Positions 8,962 through 19,249 are shown, counted from the stretch's first letter. The stretch is DNA of 43,078 bases from a virus (IMGVR_UViG_3300032291_000953:1-43078), one strand, 5' to 3'. The notes: generated by a model from the letters alone, not told the origin. Numbers and translations are program-made.

Positions 8962-11900
8962 ATGGCTGATTTAAACGAGATGTTTTCTGCCTTAGAAAGG
9001 GCGGACGCTGCTGGTAATGTGGATGATGCAAAAGAAATTGCGGCGATGATTCGCCAGTTTAAAACACAACCAGTCATTCAACCATCTCAACCAGCAGTTC
9101 CTACAGATCCTAATTTTAAAGCTGGATTATTATCTGGCACAACCCTACCAGCAGATGCTGGCCCAGTAGGTAACCGCATGATTGAGGATGTAGGAACCCC
9201 GTTACCTATTACCAAAGAACTACCTAAGCTTGACGCATCTAAGATGCCAGTTGAGAGTAGGTTTGGGTCAGATTTTAGCAAGCTCTTAGCTGGTTCAGCA
9301 ATTCCAAGCGTTATAGGAACTCCTGAAGCTATTGAATCTGCAATAGTGCAACAGTCTAAATCTGCACTGCCAGCACCATCAGAACTCCTTGGCTACTTAT
9401 CTAGCCCAGACAAGCTAGCAAATAAGTTTGTTACCTCGTTAGGGTTTAAACCTATATTTGGTGAAGAAACCAAGGGACTAATACCAGAGGAAGCACTAAA
9501 GGTACAACAAAGAGCGATTGATGAGGTTAGGGCTAAAGGTAAGTCTCAGACATTGAAAGACATTACTGAGTTTGGTAACAAGCTTGGTAAAGACATTAAC
9601 GCTACAGTTTCTCCAGAGATGCAGTTAGCAATGGCTAACTTTACTCCAACTGGATCGCTATCTGATTTAGCCCGTGGAAATCTTGATAAGCTCAGCTTTG
9701 GTAAAGATCCTTCTTTGCAAGGATTAGCTGGTCAATTTGCTAGTGTTTTTGGTTCTATCATGCCTGGCATGCTTGGCACAATCATCACTAAAGACCCAAG
9801 ATATATGACCACCTTTGGGTTTGGTCAAGCTGGATCAGAAGCAGTAAACAATGCTCGTCAATATATTGGTTCGCTTAATGACCAACAGTTGGCAAAAAAT
9901 AGCCCGTACTTTAAAGATTTAATACAGGCAGGATACGACCCTAAAACTGCTAGAGCAATGACAGAAGAGAAGGCGGTTGATACTGCCGCTACTGCACAAG
10001 GTGTGGTTGGTATGCTGGGTGGTGACTTTACCGCTAAGTTAATTACTGGTAAGTTTGATAAGCTATTGCTTTCATCCATTCAGAACCGTGCCTTAAACAT
10101 CCTTGCTAGAACAGGTAAAGGGATAGTTGCTGGCGGTACTGAAGAAGGTATACAGGAGCTGGTAGAAGGTATTGCTAGCGATCTGGCTATTGACAAGACC
10201 GTAGCCAAGGAAATTGGTGCTGATGCCTTTGCTAACCTAGTATTGGGTGCTCTCGGTGGTGGTGGTCCAGGCGGTGTGCGTGGAGCTATTGCTACAGGCG
10301 AAGTCCCTAAGACTGCACCAGAAGCTCCACAAGCTCGTAAAGAGCCACGGTTGGCACCAGAAGCTATCCAGCCACAAGAAGTCGCTCCTATGCCCGCTGC
10401 TGAAGCCGTTGCTCCAGAGGCTCCAATCGTTGCCCAAGAAGCAACACCAGCAATCCCTGTACCACCAGAGACTATCCAGCAAGATACTGGGGCTTTGGAT
10501 AAACAATTTATGTTGTCCGAGTTAGATGATAATCCGCAAGAAGTTATTAAAAAAGCCATTGAGAATCCAGCAAGTCCTGAAGGGCAAGTACTGGAAAACA
10601 TTGAACGCAAGCAAACAGCAACTCCTCAATTCAAACAATGGTTTGGTGACTCTAAGGTTAAGGATGAAGCTGGCAAGCCATTAGTTGTTTATCATGGAAC
10701 AACACAAGACATTAAATCGTTTGATCCATCCAAATCATTTGGGGATCTTGGTGCATCGTTTTTTACAGAAGACCCTAAATTTGCTTCTTCCTATGATTAC
10801 ACACAAGGTAAAGGAAATGTTCTTCCTGTTTATTTAAGTGCAAATAATATATTTGATTTTGGCAACAAAGAACAAAGGGATTCATTAAGACAAGCTGCTT
10901 CTAAAATTGAAATTAGAGATCCAGTTCGTGGATTTACAACGTTAGATACTAAGATTCCAAATAGTGAGCAATATTTTGATACAGAACATCCAGAAGTTTT
11001 TAAGCTAATCAAAGACCTTGGCTATGATGGCGTTAAGCTAAAAGAACGTGATGTAACAAACTATGCCGTCTTTAATCCAACACAAATTAAATCTGCTATT
11101 GGTAATACTGGTGCATTTAGTTCTGAGAGCGCTGACATTACAGAAAACATTAGCCCTAAGTACATTGTTCCCACCTCAGCCTTTGGAAAAGATATAGAAC
11201 GCACTCCTTCTTTCAGAACAGAAACAAAACGTCTTGATAAGATGTTTAAAAAAGGCAGGATATCCTCTGACATTGTGGCAAACCAACTTGGTCAGTTATT
11301 GGAAGATACAAAGAAAACCAAAGCATCTAAGCCATTAGTTCGTGGTGCTAACAATGTTATAGAAAGATTAAACAGAGCTGCTCGTAAAAAAGAGATCTCT
11401 CCAGAAGGCGCACAACTAGCAACTTGGTTTCTAAGTAAAAACCCTAACCTTGCTAATGATCTAGCTATATCTATACAAAAGCCCGGAGACAATACTCCTT
11501 CTGGCAACTATCTTCCATCAAATCGTTTGGTAACTTTGTTTAAAGAGTCTCCTGAAGATGAGACTGCAGTGCATGAAATATTGCACCACACCGAAAGAAT
11601 GATGCCTCAGAATGTACAGATCGGCATTCGTAAGGCTTGGTTTAAGAGTTTTTCAAGTGCGCTTACAAAGGCTATGAACGGTTCAGACAAGAACTTACAA
11701 GACTATTTTGACAATCTTTTAAAGATGCATTTTGATAACGATCAGACTGCTGGCAAAAAAGCAAAAGCTCTTATAGGTGATGGATCTGTAGATATCTCTA
11801 ACTACCAATACTATAACCCTTCGGAATTTTGGGCTGTTAATGCTACGGATATTGTTGCTGGTAGGTTTGAGGGCAACAAGTCTTTCCTTGCAAAACTTAA

Positions 11901-14817
11901 GCAATGGCTAAAAGAATTTTCTGAAACAATAAAATCAGTCTTTGGTTTAGACTCTACAGCTCCAGTCATTCGTGCCTTAGATAGCTTATATAAGGCTGAT
12001 GGGCAATATAAGAGCGGAGTCATGTTGTCTCGTGGCACTAAGTTTGAAAACATTAAGCGTACATTTAAAGCTAAAGGCACTGGTCAAGAAGTATCTCCAG
12101 AAAAAACTCCAGAGCTTTACTCTTGGTCTATGCCTGAAAGAGAAGACTTAGTTCTCGGCTACAAAAAAGATGACTTGATGTATCAATTCTTGGACAAGCA
12201 GATTGATACCAAACAAATGCAAGAAGCTATCCTAAAAGCTAAAAGAAAGATTGACGATAACTTTAATGCTTATCAGAAAGAAACTCTTTATCACGGTAAG
12301 GTAGCTGCCAAGACTGGTGACTTCCTCAAGGGCGATGTATTAACGCTTGTTCGTGATATGAACAAAGCTGACATTACTTTAGAGCAGTTAGAAGAGTATC
12401 TGCATATGAACCACGCTGAAGAGCGTAACGATAAAATGAATGAGCGTAATGTAGGTAACGCTAATTTACAAGATCGTGGCTCTGGTGTTTCAACAAAAGA
12501 GGCTGAAGAATACTTTAAGAAGCTTTCTAAAGAAGAGAAAGCTAAGCTTGAGCCATTAGCCAAACAGGTCTATGACATCATCAATGAAACTCAGGATATC
12601 TTGGTTCGTTCTGGTGCTGAAGAGAAGGGCTTGATTGATACATGGCGTAAGACATACAAGAAGTATGTTCCTTTGTTTCGTGAAGACGATGACTTTGTAA
12701 GCCCTCCTGGTACACAGATGGGTTCTGGATTCCGTGTACAAGGCGCTACAAGCAAGCGAGCTACTGGTTCTACCAAAAAAGTATCTAACATTCTAGGTAA
12801 CATTATTTCCCAGCGTGAACGAGCTATTGTTCGTGAAGAGAAGATGAAGGTTGGTCGTGCGCTATATGGCATGGCTATTCAACATCCAAATCCTGACTTT
12901 TGGTTTGCGTTTAACCCTGATGCGGTTAAAAGCAAAAAAGCAGCAATTGAAGAGCTGAAGAAGTTCGGTGTTAAAGATGCAGAAAATGTAATGAATTTAA
13001 TGGAGGCTCCACGCACTCCATACATTGACGAAGCTACTGGTCAAGTCGGCTATCGTTTAAGCCCGATCACATTACAACAGCATAACGCTTTCCCAGTTCG
13101 TATCAATGGTAAAGATCGTTACATTTTCTTTAACCAAAGCAATCCTCAAGCTTTGCGCATGGCAAAGACTTTAAGTGAGATTGATACTGACAAGCTAGAT
13201 GCTATCTCTAATGCGGTTGGTAAGTTGACTCATTGGTTAGCAGCCGTCAACACTCAGTACAACCCAGTATTCGGTGTAGTCAACTTGATTCGTGACGTTA
13301 AAGGTGCAATGTATAACCTTACAACTACCGAATTAGCTGGCAAGCAAAAGGAAGTAGCAGCGCAAGTCATGCCTTCTATGAACACTATTCGTAAGGTGTT
13401 ATACGCTGAGCGTAATGGTAAACCCTTACCAGATGATGATGATGCCAAGTTGTTTATTCAGTTTAGAGATGATGGCGGTCAGACTGGATACAGAGATGTA
13501 TTAATGCGTCAAAAGGAAGAGGAACAATTAGTTGCTCAAGAATTACGCAAGATTCAAGATCCTGCAATTAAGCGTCAAGCTAGACACATTGTTCGTGCAT
13601 TGTCTGATTTTAATGACACCATGGAAAACTCTGTGCGTTTTGCAGCGTACAAGATTGCTATTAAACCAACATCTGAAGGTGGTAGTGGTTTATCTAGGGA
13701 CAAAGCCGCTTACATTGCTAAAGAACTAACAGTTAACTTTGACCGTAAAGGTAACTTAAACCGCCGCATTAACGCATATTTTGCATTCTTTAATGCAGCC
13801 ATTCGTGGTTCAGCCCGTATCTATGAAACATTAACAGGTCCTGCTGGTAAAAAGATTATGGCTGGTGGTGTAGGACTAGGCGTTTTACAAGCCGCTATGT
13901 TAGCTGGATATCCAGATGATGACCCTCCTGAGTTTGTGCGTGAGCGTAACTTTATTATTCCTGTACCAGGCACTAAGCAGATGTTTACTATTCCTTATCC
14001 ATTGGGCTACCATGTATTCCCAGGATTAGGGCGCATTACTACTGAGTTTATGTTTGGTGATCGCAAGATTGGTAAAGCAGTAACCGATGCATTAAGTATG
14101 TTTGCTGAGGCATTCAACCCATTAGGCGGTGGCAGCTTAGGTTGGCAGACAGTTGCTCCAACAGTCTTAAAGTTACCAGCACAAGTAGCTCAGAATAAAG
14201 ATACTTTTGGGCGCCCAATTTACAGGGAAGATCGTGCAACTCAACCAACTCCTGGCTATTTGCGTTCTCGTGATACTGCTAGCACTGTAAGTAAGTTTAT
14301 ATCTGAAGCGCTGAACTATATGTCTGGTGGAACCAAGTACAAGAAAGGCGCTATTAGTCCTACTGCAGACGAGATTGATTTCTATGCTGGTCAAATTACT
14401 GGTGGTGTAGGTCGTGAGCTTGCTAAGACTAAAAGTTTAATTACCAACTTAATTACTGGTGAAGAAACACCTTCATATCGCATTCCTTTAGTCGGTCGAT
14501 TCTATGCCGATGTAGATACCAACGCATCTAAAACTCAGCGTTTCTATAACAATGTTGTAGAGATGTCTAATCATGAGCAAGAAATTAAAGGTCGTCAAAA
14601 GAATCGTGAGAATGTTTCTGATTATATGAAAGAGCATCCAGAAGCTAGGCTTTGGCAACAGGCCAATAACATTGAGAATCAATTGAGTGCTATTAAAAAA
14701 GAACGCAAGGCATTAAAAGAACGTGGTGCATCTGAAGACTTGATTAAACGCAAAAATGATCAAATGATTCGTTTAATGGATAACTTTAATAATCAAGTTG
14801 AAAAAGCTAAAAAATAG
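8962..14817 (+). CDS. Large polyvalent internal virion protein (ART-like, zincin and LPD38-like domains)
   Basis: TPQFKQWFGDSKV...PLVVYHGT (ART-PolyVal-like), VHEILHH...SEFWA (metallopeptidase), and C-terminal TVNFDRKG...FFNAAIRG...IPYPLG (LPD38-like). Confidence 0.75.
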   Translation: MADLNEMFSALERADAAGNVDDAKEIAAMIRQFKTQPVIQPSQPAVPTDPNFKAGLLSGTTLPADAGPVGNRMIEDVGTPLPITKELPKLDASKMPVESRFGSDFSKLLAGSAIPSVIGTPEAIESAIVQQSKSALPAPSELLGYLSSPDKLANKFVTSLGFKPIFGEETKGLIPEEALKVQQRAIDEVRAKGKSQTLKDITEFGNKLGKDINATVSPEMQLAMANFTPTGSLSDLARGNLDKLSFGKDPSLQGLAGQFASVFGSIMPGMLGTIITKDPRYMTTFGFGQAGSEAVNNARQYIGSLNDQQLAKNSPYFKDLIQAGYDPKTARAMTEEKAVDTAATAQGVVGMLGGDFTAKLITGKFDKLLLSSIQNRALNILARTGKGIVAGGTEEGIQELVEGIASDLAIDKTVAKEIGADAFANLVLGALGGGGPGGVRGAIATGEVPKTAPEAPQARKEPRLAPEAIQPQEVAPMPAAEAVAPEAPIVAQEATPAIPVPPETIQQDTGALDKQFMLSELDDNPQEVIKKAIENPASPEGQVLENIERKQTATPQFKQWFGDSKVKDEAGKPLVVYHGTTQDIKSFDPSKSFGDLGASFFTEDPKFASSYDYTQGKGNVLPVYLSANNIFDFGNKEQRDSLRQAASKIEIRDPVRGFTTLDTKIPNSEQYFDTEHPEVFKLIKDLGYDGVKLKERDVTNYAVFNPTQIKSAIGNTGAFSSESADITENISPKYIVPTSAFGKDIERTPSFRTETKRLDKMFKKGRISSDIVANQLGQLLEDTKKTKASKPLVRGANNVIERLNRAARKKEISPEGAQLATWFLSKNPNLANDLAISIQKPGDNTPSGNYLPSNRLVTLFKESPEDETAVHEILHHTERMMPQNVQIGIRKAWFKSFSSALTKAMNGSDKNLQDYFDNLLKMHFDNDQTAGKKAKALIGDGSVDISNYQYYNPSEFWAVNATDIVAGRFEGNKSFLAKLKQWLKEFSETIKSVFGLDSTAPVIRALDSLYKADGQYKSGVMLSRGTKFENIKRTFKAKGTGQEVSPEKTPELYSWSMPEREDLVLGYKKDDLMYQFLDKQIDTKQMQEAILKAKRKIDDNFNAYQKETLYHGKVAAKTGDFLKGDVLTLVRDMNKADITLEQLEEYLHMNHAEERNDKMNERNVGNANLQDRGSGVSTKEAEEYFKKLSKEEKAKLEPLAKQVYDIINETQDILVRSGAEEKGLIDTWRKTYKKYVPLFREDDDFVSPPGTQMGSGFRVQGATSKRATGSTKKVSNILGNIISQRERAIVREEKMKVGRALYGMAIQHPNPDFWFAFNPDAVKSKKAAIEELKKFGVKDAENVMNLMEAPRTPYIDEATGQVGYRLSPITLQQHNAFPVRINGKDRYIFFNQSNPQALRMAKTLSEIDTDKLDAISNAVGKLTHWLAAVNTQYNPVFGVVNLIRDVKGAMYNLTTTELAGKQKEVAAQVMPSMNTIRKVLYAERNGKPLPDDDDAKLFIQFRDDGGQTGYRDVLMRQKEEEQLVAQELRKIQDPAIKRQARHIVRALSDFNDTMENSVRFAAYKIAIKPTSEGGSGLSRDKAAYIAKELTVNFDRKGNLNRRINAYFAFFNAAIRGSARIYETLTGPAGKKIMAGGVGLGVLQAAMLAGYPDDDPPEFVRERNFIIPVPGTKQMFTIPYPLGYHVFPGLGRITTEFMFGDRKIGKAVTDALSMFAEAFNPLGGGSLGWQTVAPTVLKLPAQVAQNKDTFGRPIYREDRATQPTPGYLRSRDTASTVSKFISEALNYMSGGTKYKKGAISPTADEIDFYAGQITGGVGRELAKTKSLITNLITGEETPSYRIPLVGRFYADVDTNASKTQRFYNNVVEMSNHEQEIKGRQKNRENVSDYMKEHPEARLWQQANNIENQLSAIKKERKALKERGASEDLIKRKNDQMIRLMDNFNNQVEKAKK

Positions 14818-14896
14818 GGACTTTCCCTAACTACTTGTATTTCCTTTTAAAATCAATGTAATATGCGGATAAGTTAATAAAACTAAAGAGGAATCT

Positions 14897-15862
14897 ATGC
14901 CAGCCGGATACGCTTTAACTGATGACCAGTTTATTGAAGAGTGGATAAAACTTGGAAGCCCACAAAAGTTTGCAGAAAAACATAAAGTAAATGTCCGTTC
15001 GGTATATAACCGAAGAAGAACTGTTGAAATAAGGCGTGGCATAGAATTACCTACGCATAACGATGCTAGGATAAATAGCCTTAAGAAACTTCAACAAACA
15101 CCAGGTCATGCAAGACGTGGTATTGAAATGGAAAAAGGTCGAGTAATAGTATTTTCAGACGCTCACTTCTGGCCTGATGATGTCAGCACATCTTATAAAG
15201 CACTCCTTTTGATGATTAAAACATTTCGCCCTAAAGTCGTAGTGGCAAATGGAGATATGTTCGACGGCTCACAAGCAAGCCGCCATGCCCGTATTGGCTG
15301 GGAGAATACCCCAACGGTTAAAGAAGAGTTAGAAGCCTGTCAGGAGATGATGGCAGGCATTGAGAAAGCAGCGGTAGGAGCAGAGCTTATATGGACACTC
15401 GGAAACCATGATGCCCGCTTTGAGACTTTCTTATCAGCCCAAATGGGTACCTATGAGGGAGTAGCAGGGTTTACCCTTAAAGACCACTTCCCCATGTGGA
15501 AGCCATGCTGGTCATATTGGGTCAATGAAGACACCTGTATTAAGCACCGTATAGGGGGTGGATTTGGAGCTGGTCGTGCCAATGCCCTTAAAACAGGCAC
15601 AAACATCATTACAGGCCACACACACAATTTGGCTGTACAACCCTTCACGGATTACAACGGAACCCGCTATGGCGTCCAAACGGGCTGCCTAGCGAACATC
15701 CATGGAGAACAGTTCATGGCATACACTGAGGATAATCCTAAAGACTGGCGGGAGGGGTTCGCTCTGTTATCATTTGAGGAGGGCAGATTAATGCTGCCTG
15801 AGCTAATCCAAGTATGCGGAGAAGATTCTTTTGAATTTAGGGGATGCATTAATCGGGTATGA
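14897..15862 (+). CDS. Calcineurin-like metallophosphoesterase
   Basis: FSDAH, NGDMFD, GNHD and GHTH motifs. Confidence 0.85.
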   Translation: MPAGYALTDDQFIEEWIKLGSPQKFAEKHKVNVRSVYNRRRTVEIRRGIELPTHNDARINSLKKLQQTPGHARRGIEMEKGRVIVFSDAHFWPDDVSTSYKALLLMIKTFRPKVVVANGDMFDGSQASRHARIGWENTPTVKEELEACQEMMAGIEKAAVGAELIWTLGNHDARFETFLSAQMGTYEGVAGFTLKDHFPMWKPCWSYWVNEDTCIKHRIGGGFGAGRANALKTGTNIITGHTHNLAVQPFTDYNGTRYGVQTGCLANIHGEQFMAYTEDNPKDWREGFALLSFEEGRLMLPELIQVCGEDSFEFRGCINRV

Positions 15863-16206
15863 AACTAACATCAGCAATCCTAAAGAACTTATATTGTGCA
15901 ATCTATTGCATGAAGCCTTTTGATCGCTGGTCAATGCCCCTGCCTGAAGAAGTTAACTTTATAGTAGATCAAGACCCAGAAGTAATGGGTACTTATTTAT
16001 ATGATGATGGTGGTGATTTTGAACATGTCATTACCATTTCAACTAAAAAATGTGGTCATTTAGCAACAGTTATTCGAGTCTTATGCCACGAAGCTGTCCA
16101 TATGAGTAGATGGAAGACTAATCGTTGGTCTCACCACGACGCTGAGTTTAGGCGGCGCACCAAAGTCATATCTGATGAATTGGGCTTCGATCCTCTAGAG
16201 TTGTAA
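15859..16206 (+). CDS. SprT-like zincin metalloprotein
   Basis: LCHEAVHM (HExxH) followed by HHDAEF. Confidence 0.7.
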   Translation: MKLTSAILKNLYCAIYCMKPFDRWSMPLPEEVNFIVDQDPEVMGTYLYDDGGDFEHVITISTKKCGHLATVIRVLCHEAVHMSRWKTNRWSHHDAEFRRRTKVISDELGFDPLEL

Positions 16207-16220
16207 TATATACTATCCAA

Positions 16221-16280
16221 TGGGAGGTTACGGCGTTCTCCTCTTTTCGCCTGCAACCCACGGTTGCCCTCCCAACTTTT
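16221..16280. other. Structured intergenic element (3-way junction) between convergent operons; terminator or sRNA
   Basis: TGGGAGG/CCTCCCA closing stem enclosing GGCG/CGCC and GCAACC/GGTTGC hairpins. Confidence 0.5.
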
Positions 16281-16327
16281 ATAACTCTGGTATTACGATA
16301 CCAATAGTTTCTGGGCTAATAACACGA

Positions 16328-16630
16328 TTACTTAAAGAGTCTGTTAGCTTCATTCTTCTCGTGTAGTACCTGCTCCGATTGGGTCCATAGTTCCATCTCG
16401 GTAATTCCATAATGTTTCTCAAATCCTTTATGCCCAAGTCCGTGAACACCGGTATCGCCTCGGTGATGTTCTCTACAGAGTGGAATGACTGGAGCATTAT
16501 CTCGCTTGCCTCCAAACCGCCGTATATGATGTATCTCCGCAGGCGATTGTCCGTAGTTGAGATGCCTGCAAAGTATGCAGCCGAGGTCTGCAAGACCCGA
16601 AAAATATTTCCGTTGATCATTTTTTGACAT
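16328..16630 (-). CDS. Ref-like recombination enhancement HNH nuclease
   Basis: GCILC...AEIHH...IPLCREHHRG...GVH pattern. Start trimmed to MSKNDQ. Confidence 0.8.
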   Translation of the reverse strand: MSKNDQRKYFSGLADLGCILCRHLNYGQSPAEIHHIRRFGGKRDNAPVIPLCREHHRGDTGVHGLGHKGFEKHYGITEMELWTQSEQVLHEKNEANRLFK

Positions 16631-16874
16631 CAACCATCTTTCGGATGCATTCTCCAGCAATATCTATAGAAGTTAGTTTCTTAGGTTCTATTCTAAGTAT
16701 AAATCCATCAGCTAAATGCCATCCTAAATTAGCGTCTTTAACAAGCATTCCATCGTCCATTAAAGCCCTTGTATGGGCGCCTACAGAAGCTCGCCCTAAA
16801 CCTACATTAATATCAGCCGACAGAACTCCTGGGTTCTTCGCTATGAATTCCAATATCAATGTTCTCTTGTCCAT
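16617..16874 (-). CDS. Winged-HTH protein
   Basis: ILEFIAKNPGVLSADI...RASVGAHTRALMDDGML. Start trimmed to MDKRTL. Confidence 0.55.
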   Translation of the reverse strand: MDKRTLILEFIAKNPGVLSADINVGLGRASVGAHTRALMDDGMLVKDANLGWHLADGFILRIEPKKLTSIDIAGECIRKMVDVKK

Positions 16875-16958
16875 AATAGAAGTAGTAGGATCCGTCTGGC
16901 AATATTTTGTACTGCGGAATAGACACACCAGCAGCTCTTAGCGCTAGTATAACCTCTT

Positions 16959-17129
16959 CTATTTCATCCATGGTCTATTCCTTTTGGCTTGAGCGCAAAG
17001 CTTTTGTACTTCAATTGGGTCTTGTTTTGATACCTCAGCACACGCATAAGGCAAAGTCTCTACATGGGTGTTTAAGATCCATGCAGATAGAGCTATCAAT
17101 AGTGCAGTGCAAAATAATATAGCATTCAT
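16959..17129 (-). CDS. Small membrane-anchored protein with two C-terminal Cys
   Basis: Manual translation MNAILFCTALLIALSAWILNTHVETLPYACAEVSKQDPIEVQKLCAQAKRNRPWMK; coupled to the upstream stop. Confidence 0.5.
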   Translation of the reverse strand: MNAILFCTALLIALSAWILNTHVETLPYACAEVSKQDPIEVQKLCAQAKRNRPWMK

Positions 17130-17314
17130 TAACTGCTACGACTGCGTTTACGTTTAGGGACAATGTCAACAATCCCACCAGTAACAGCCTTTTCATTTTC
17201 AAGCTCTTCTATTAGTTCATCTGCTAGCTTGACTGCTCCAGCGGGGTTCCCACAATTAACTAGCGCAAAACAAGAAGCTAAAAAGCGCATGTATTCTTTG
17301 TCTTTATTTTCCAT
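17129..17314 (-). CDS. Hypothetical protein
   Basis: Tightly packed ORF in the leftward operon; FLASCFAL...AVKLADELI resembles 26904-27095. Confidence 0.55.
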   Translation of the reverse strand: MENKDKEYMRFLASCFALVNCGNPAGAVKLADELIEELENEKAVTGGIVDIVPKRKRSRSS

Positions 17315-17591
17315 TTTGCTCCAGCATATTAATGCTCTCCACTAATATATCGCTAAGCCTGTCGTTGCCAATCAACAAAATAGAAGCTTCTTTGGTATCA
17401 CGAATTACTTTACAGGCATCTCGCAATCCTTTGTTATAACCACTGTTAAATTGATCCATACCGTCTAAGGCTACAATCAACGCATCCCTGATAAAAGAAG
17501 ATGCCGTGCGGTCTGCCTTTGACATCTCTTTTAGTCTGGTGACATGCTCAATTGGTAAATACAAGCTATAGGGAACTAGTTTGCTTTCCAT
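17304..17591 (-). CDS. Ribbon-helix-helix-like DNA-binding protein
   Basis: YSLYLP strand followed by two helices (RTASSFIRDAL). Confidence 0.5.
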   Translation of the reverse strand: MESKLVPYSLYLPIEHVTRLKEMSKADRTASSFIRDALIVALDGMDQFNSGYNKGLRDACKVIRDTKEASILLIGNDRLSDILVESINMLEQNGK

Positions 17592-17992
17592 GCTTTGAAC
17601 TCCTCATTTAATCGCTCGAACATAGCTCTAGCTTTCGTATTAGTTTTAATGTCTGCACGGGACTCTATGTTTAAATAAACACATAACCAATCCTTTGCAG
17701 CCTCTTCACTTCTCTCAAACAAGTAACCATGCTCATGCAAGAAATCCCAGAACTGGCGATCTCTGCAAATGATGCCAGCTACCTTAACCGCTTGGGATCC
17801 AGCAAAATCTTGACGATCCATTGGCTCCTCGTTGTCAGCAAGGCGAACCATAACTACCATGTACCTAGAGCCTACAAAGTCCCTTAGAATCTCATCAGGG
17901 CTTTCATCTGGATGGATGGCAAGCGTTAGTACATGGCCGTCTTTAGTCTGCTTGAGAGCTACCTTCTTGGCTTCAAACTGACTAGTTTCCAT
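17576..17992 (-). CDS. Hypothetical phage protein
   Basis: 138-aa ORF overlapping its neighbours. Confidence 0.6.
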   Translation of the reverse strand: METSQFEAKKVALKQTKDGHVLTLAIHPDESPDEILRDFVGSRYMVVMVRLADNEEPMDRQDFAGSQAVKVAGIICRDRQFWDFLHEHGYLFERSEEAAKDWLCVYLNIESRADIKTNTKARAMFERLNEEFKAWKAN

Positions 17993-18271
17993 TTAGAGTT
18001 TTCCTGTAATCAAAAACTTCAAACGGTCAACAAAAGTAAAGCTAGAGTCAAGGCGGATAACTTTCTTAAAATCCTCCACAACTTCCTTAAGAGCTTCGTT
18101 CTCTTTCATCTCAGTAGCTAAAGCTTCTTGAAGGCGCTTAGCAAGCTTTTCCCAATCTGTTGGTGGTGGAACCCAGCCTTCACTACTAACTGTCTTGTTC
18201 TTAGAGCCTGCTGGACGACCACGCTTTTTTTGAGTCTTAGCAATGACCGCTGTTTTTTTAGTTATGCCCAT
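17993..18271 (-). CDS. Hypothetical protein with AT-hook-like motif
   Basis: KKRGRPAGSKNK motif plus a coiled coil. Confidence 0.55.
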   Translation of the reverse strand: MGITKKTAVIAKTQKKRGRPAGSKNKTVSSEGWVPPPTDWEKLAKRLQEALATEMKENEALKEVVEDFKKVIRLDSSFTFVDRLKFLITGKL

Positions 18272-18525
18272 GGATCTTTCTCCGTTGCAGATGTTGTAGG
18301 TTGATCTTTCTTAACATAAGTATCTACAGATACAGAGATACCTTTCTTGCCGGATGCGAAGATCTTTTTCCATGCGGATAGCTTGATCTCTATCAAAGGC
18401 TCACCCTTATCCATCAACTCCTTGAGGTAATCACGCTCGATCTTAATGTAACCATTCAAATCGGGCGCCTTTTCGGAACGCTTCTCATCGACAAAAAACA
18501 ACATACCTTTATTTGGATATTCCAT
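18262..18525 (-). CDS. Putative single-stranded DNA-binding protein (DUF736-like)
   Basis: GMLF...SEKAPDLNG...LSAWKK pattern, DPW-type tail, next to ERF. Confidence 0.6.
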   Translation of the reverse strand: MEYPNKGMLFFVDEKRSEKAPDLNGYIKIERDYLKELMDKGEPLIEIKLSAWKKIFASGKKGISVSVDTYVKKDQPTTSATEKDPWA

Positions 18526-18535
18526 TTACTTCTCC

Positions 18536-19249
18536 TTATTTAAAAGACTTCTTGGTTTTATTAAAACTTACTACTAATTCCCCGTAGAATGTCGGGTCTA
18601 ATTCTTTGGCTCTATCAAATGTAGAGCGGTTTACTTTAAAAATGTTATCTACATCTTCTGGTTTAGATGCCAAAGCCAATAGAGTATCTGTCCCAGCCTG
18701 TAAAGACTCAAGCCATTGATCTGCTGTGCTTGTTTTGTCATTGATAACTTTCAATGTCCATTCACCTGGTAGGGCGACCTTCTCAGATAGCTTAATGCTT
18801 GGAACTACTGGTATAGATTTAGCAGTAGCCACAGGCGTAACTACTGCATCAGGCTTTTTTGCTGGAGCCTCATTGGGGTTTGTAACAGGTTCAATGGCGT
18901 CATTTTCTACAATCTCAAAGGCATTAACCCAGAGATAGCGACGTAAGTATGTTTGAACGGCGCCCAAATTTTGAACGTCATGGCATCCTTTTAAGGCAGC
19001 CGATGACATAGGAGAGGTAAACATTACTGAGGTACCATCTTCCGTGTCATTGATCTGTAAGTAGGCCATATTGTGGTCAAACGATACAACACCGCATAGA
19101 CCCATCTCGGAACATATTCTCTGAATGGCTGGTAAGAAATCGCCCAACTCAAAGTAATGGTACCCAGCAAACTTGTTATGACCAGACTTCTTAAGTGGTT
19201 CTTTTTGTAACCGTATACGGGCATCTTGTAACTTCTTATAAACACTCAT
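18536..19249 (-). CDS. ERF-family single-strand annealing protein
   Basis: KSGHNKFAGYHYFEL and QNLGAVQTYLRRY signature. Confidence 0.85.
   Translation of the reverse strand: MSVYKKLQDARIRLQKEPLKKSGHNKFAGYHYFELGDFLPAIQRICSEMGLCGVVSFDHNMAYLQINDTEDGTSVMFTSPMSSAALKGCHDVQNLGAVQTYLRRYLWVNAFEIVENDAIEPVTNPNEAPAKKPDAVVTPVATAKSIPVVPSIKLSEKVALPGEWTLKVINDKTSTADQWLESLQAGTDTLLALASKPEDVDNIFKVNRSTFDRAKELDPTFYGELVVSFNKTKKSFK

Noticed and set aside
7813-14682. Numerous antisense ORFs within the large virion genes
   Set aside because: Expected antisense shadows of long coding regions.
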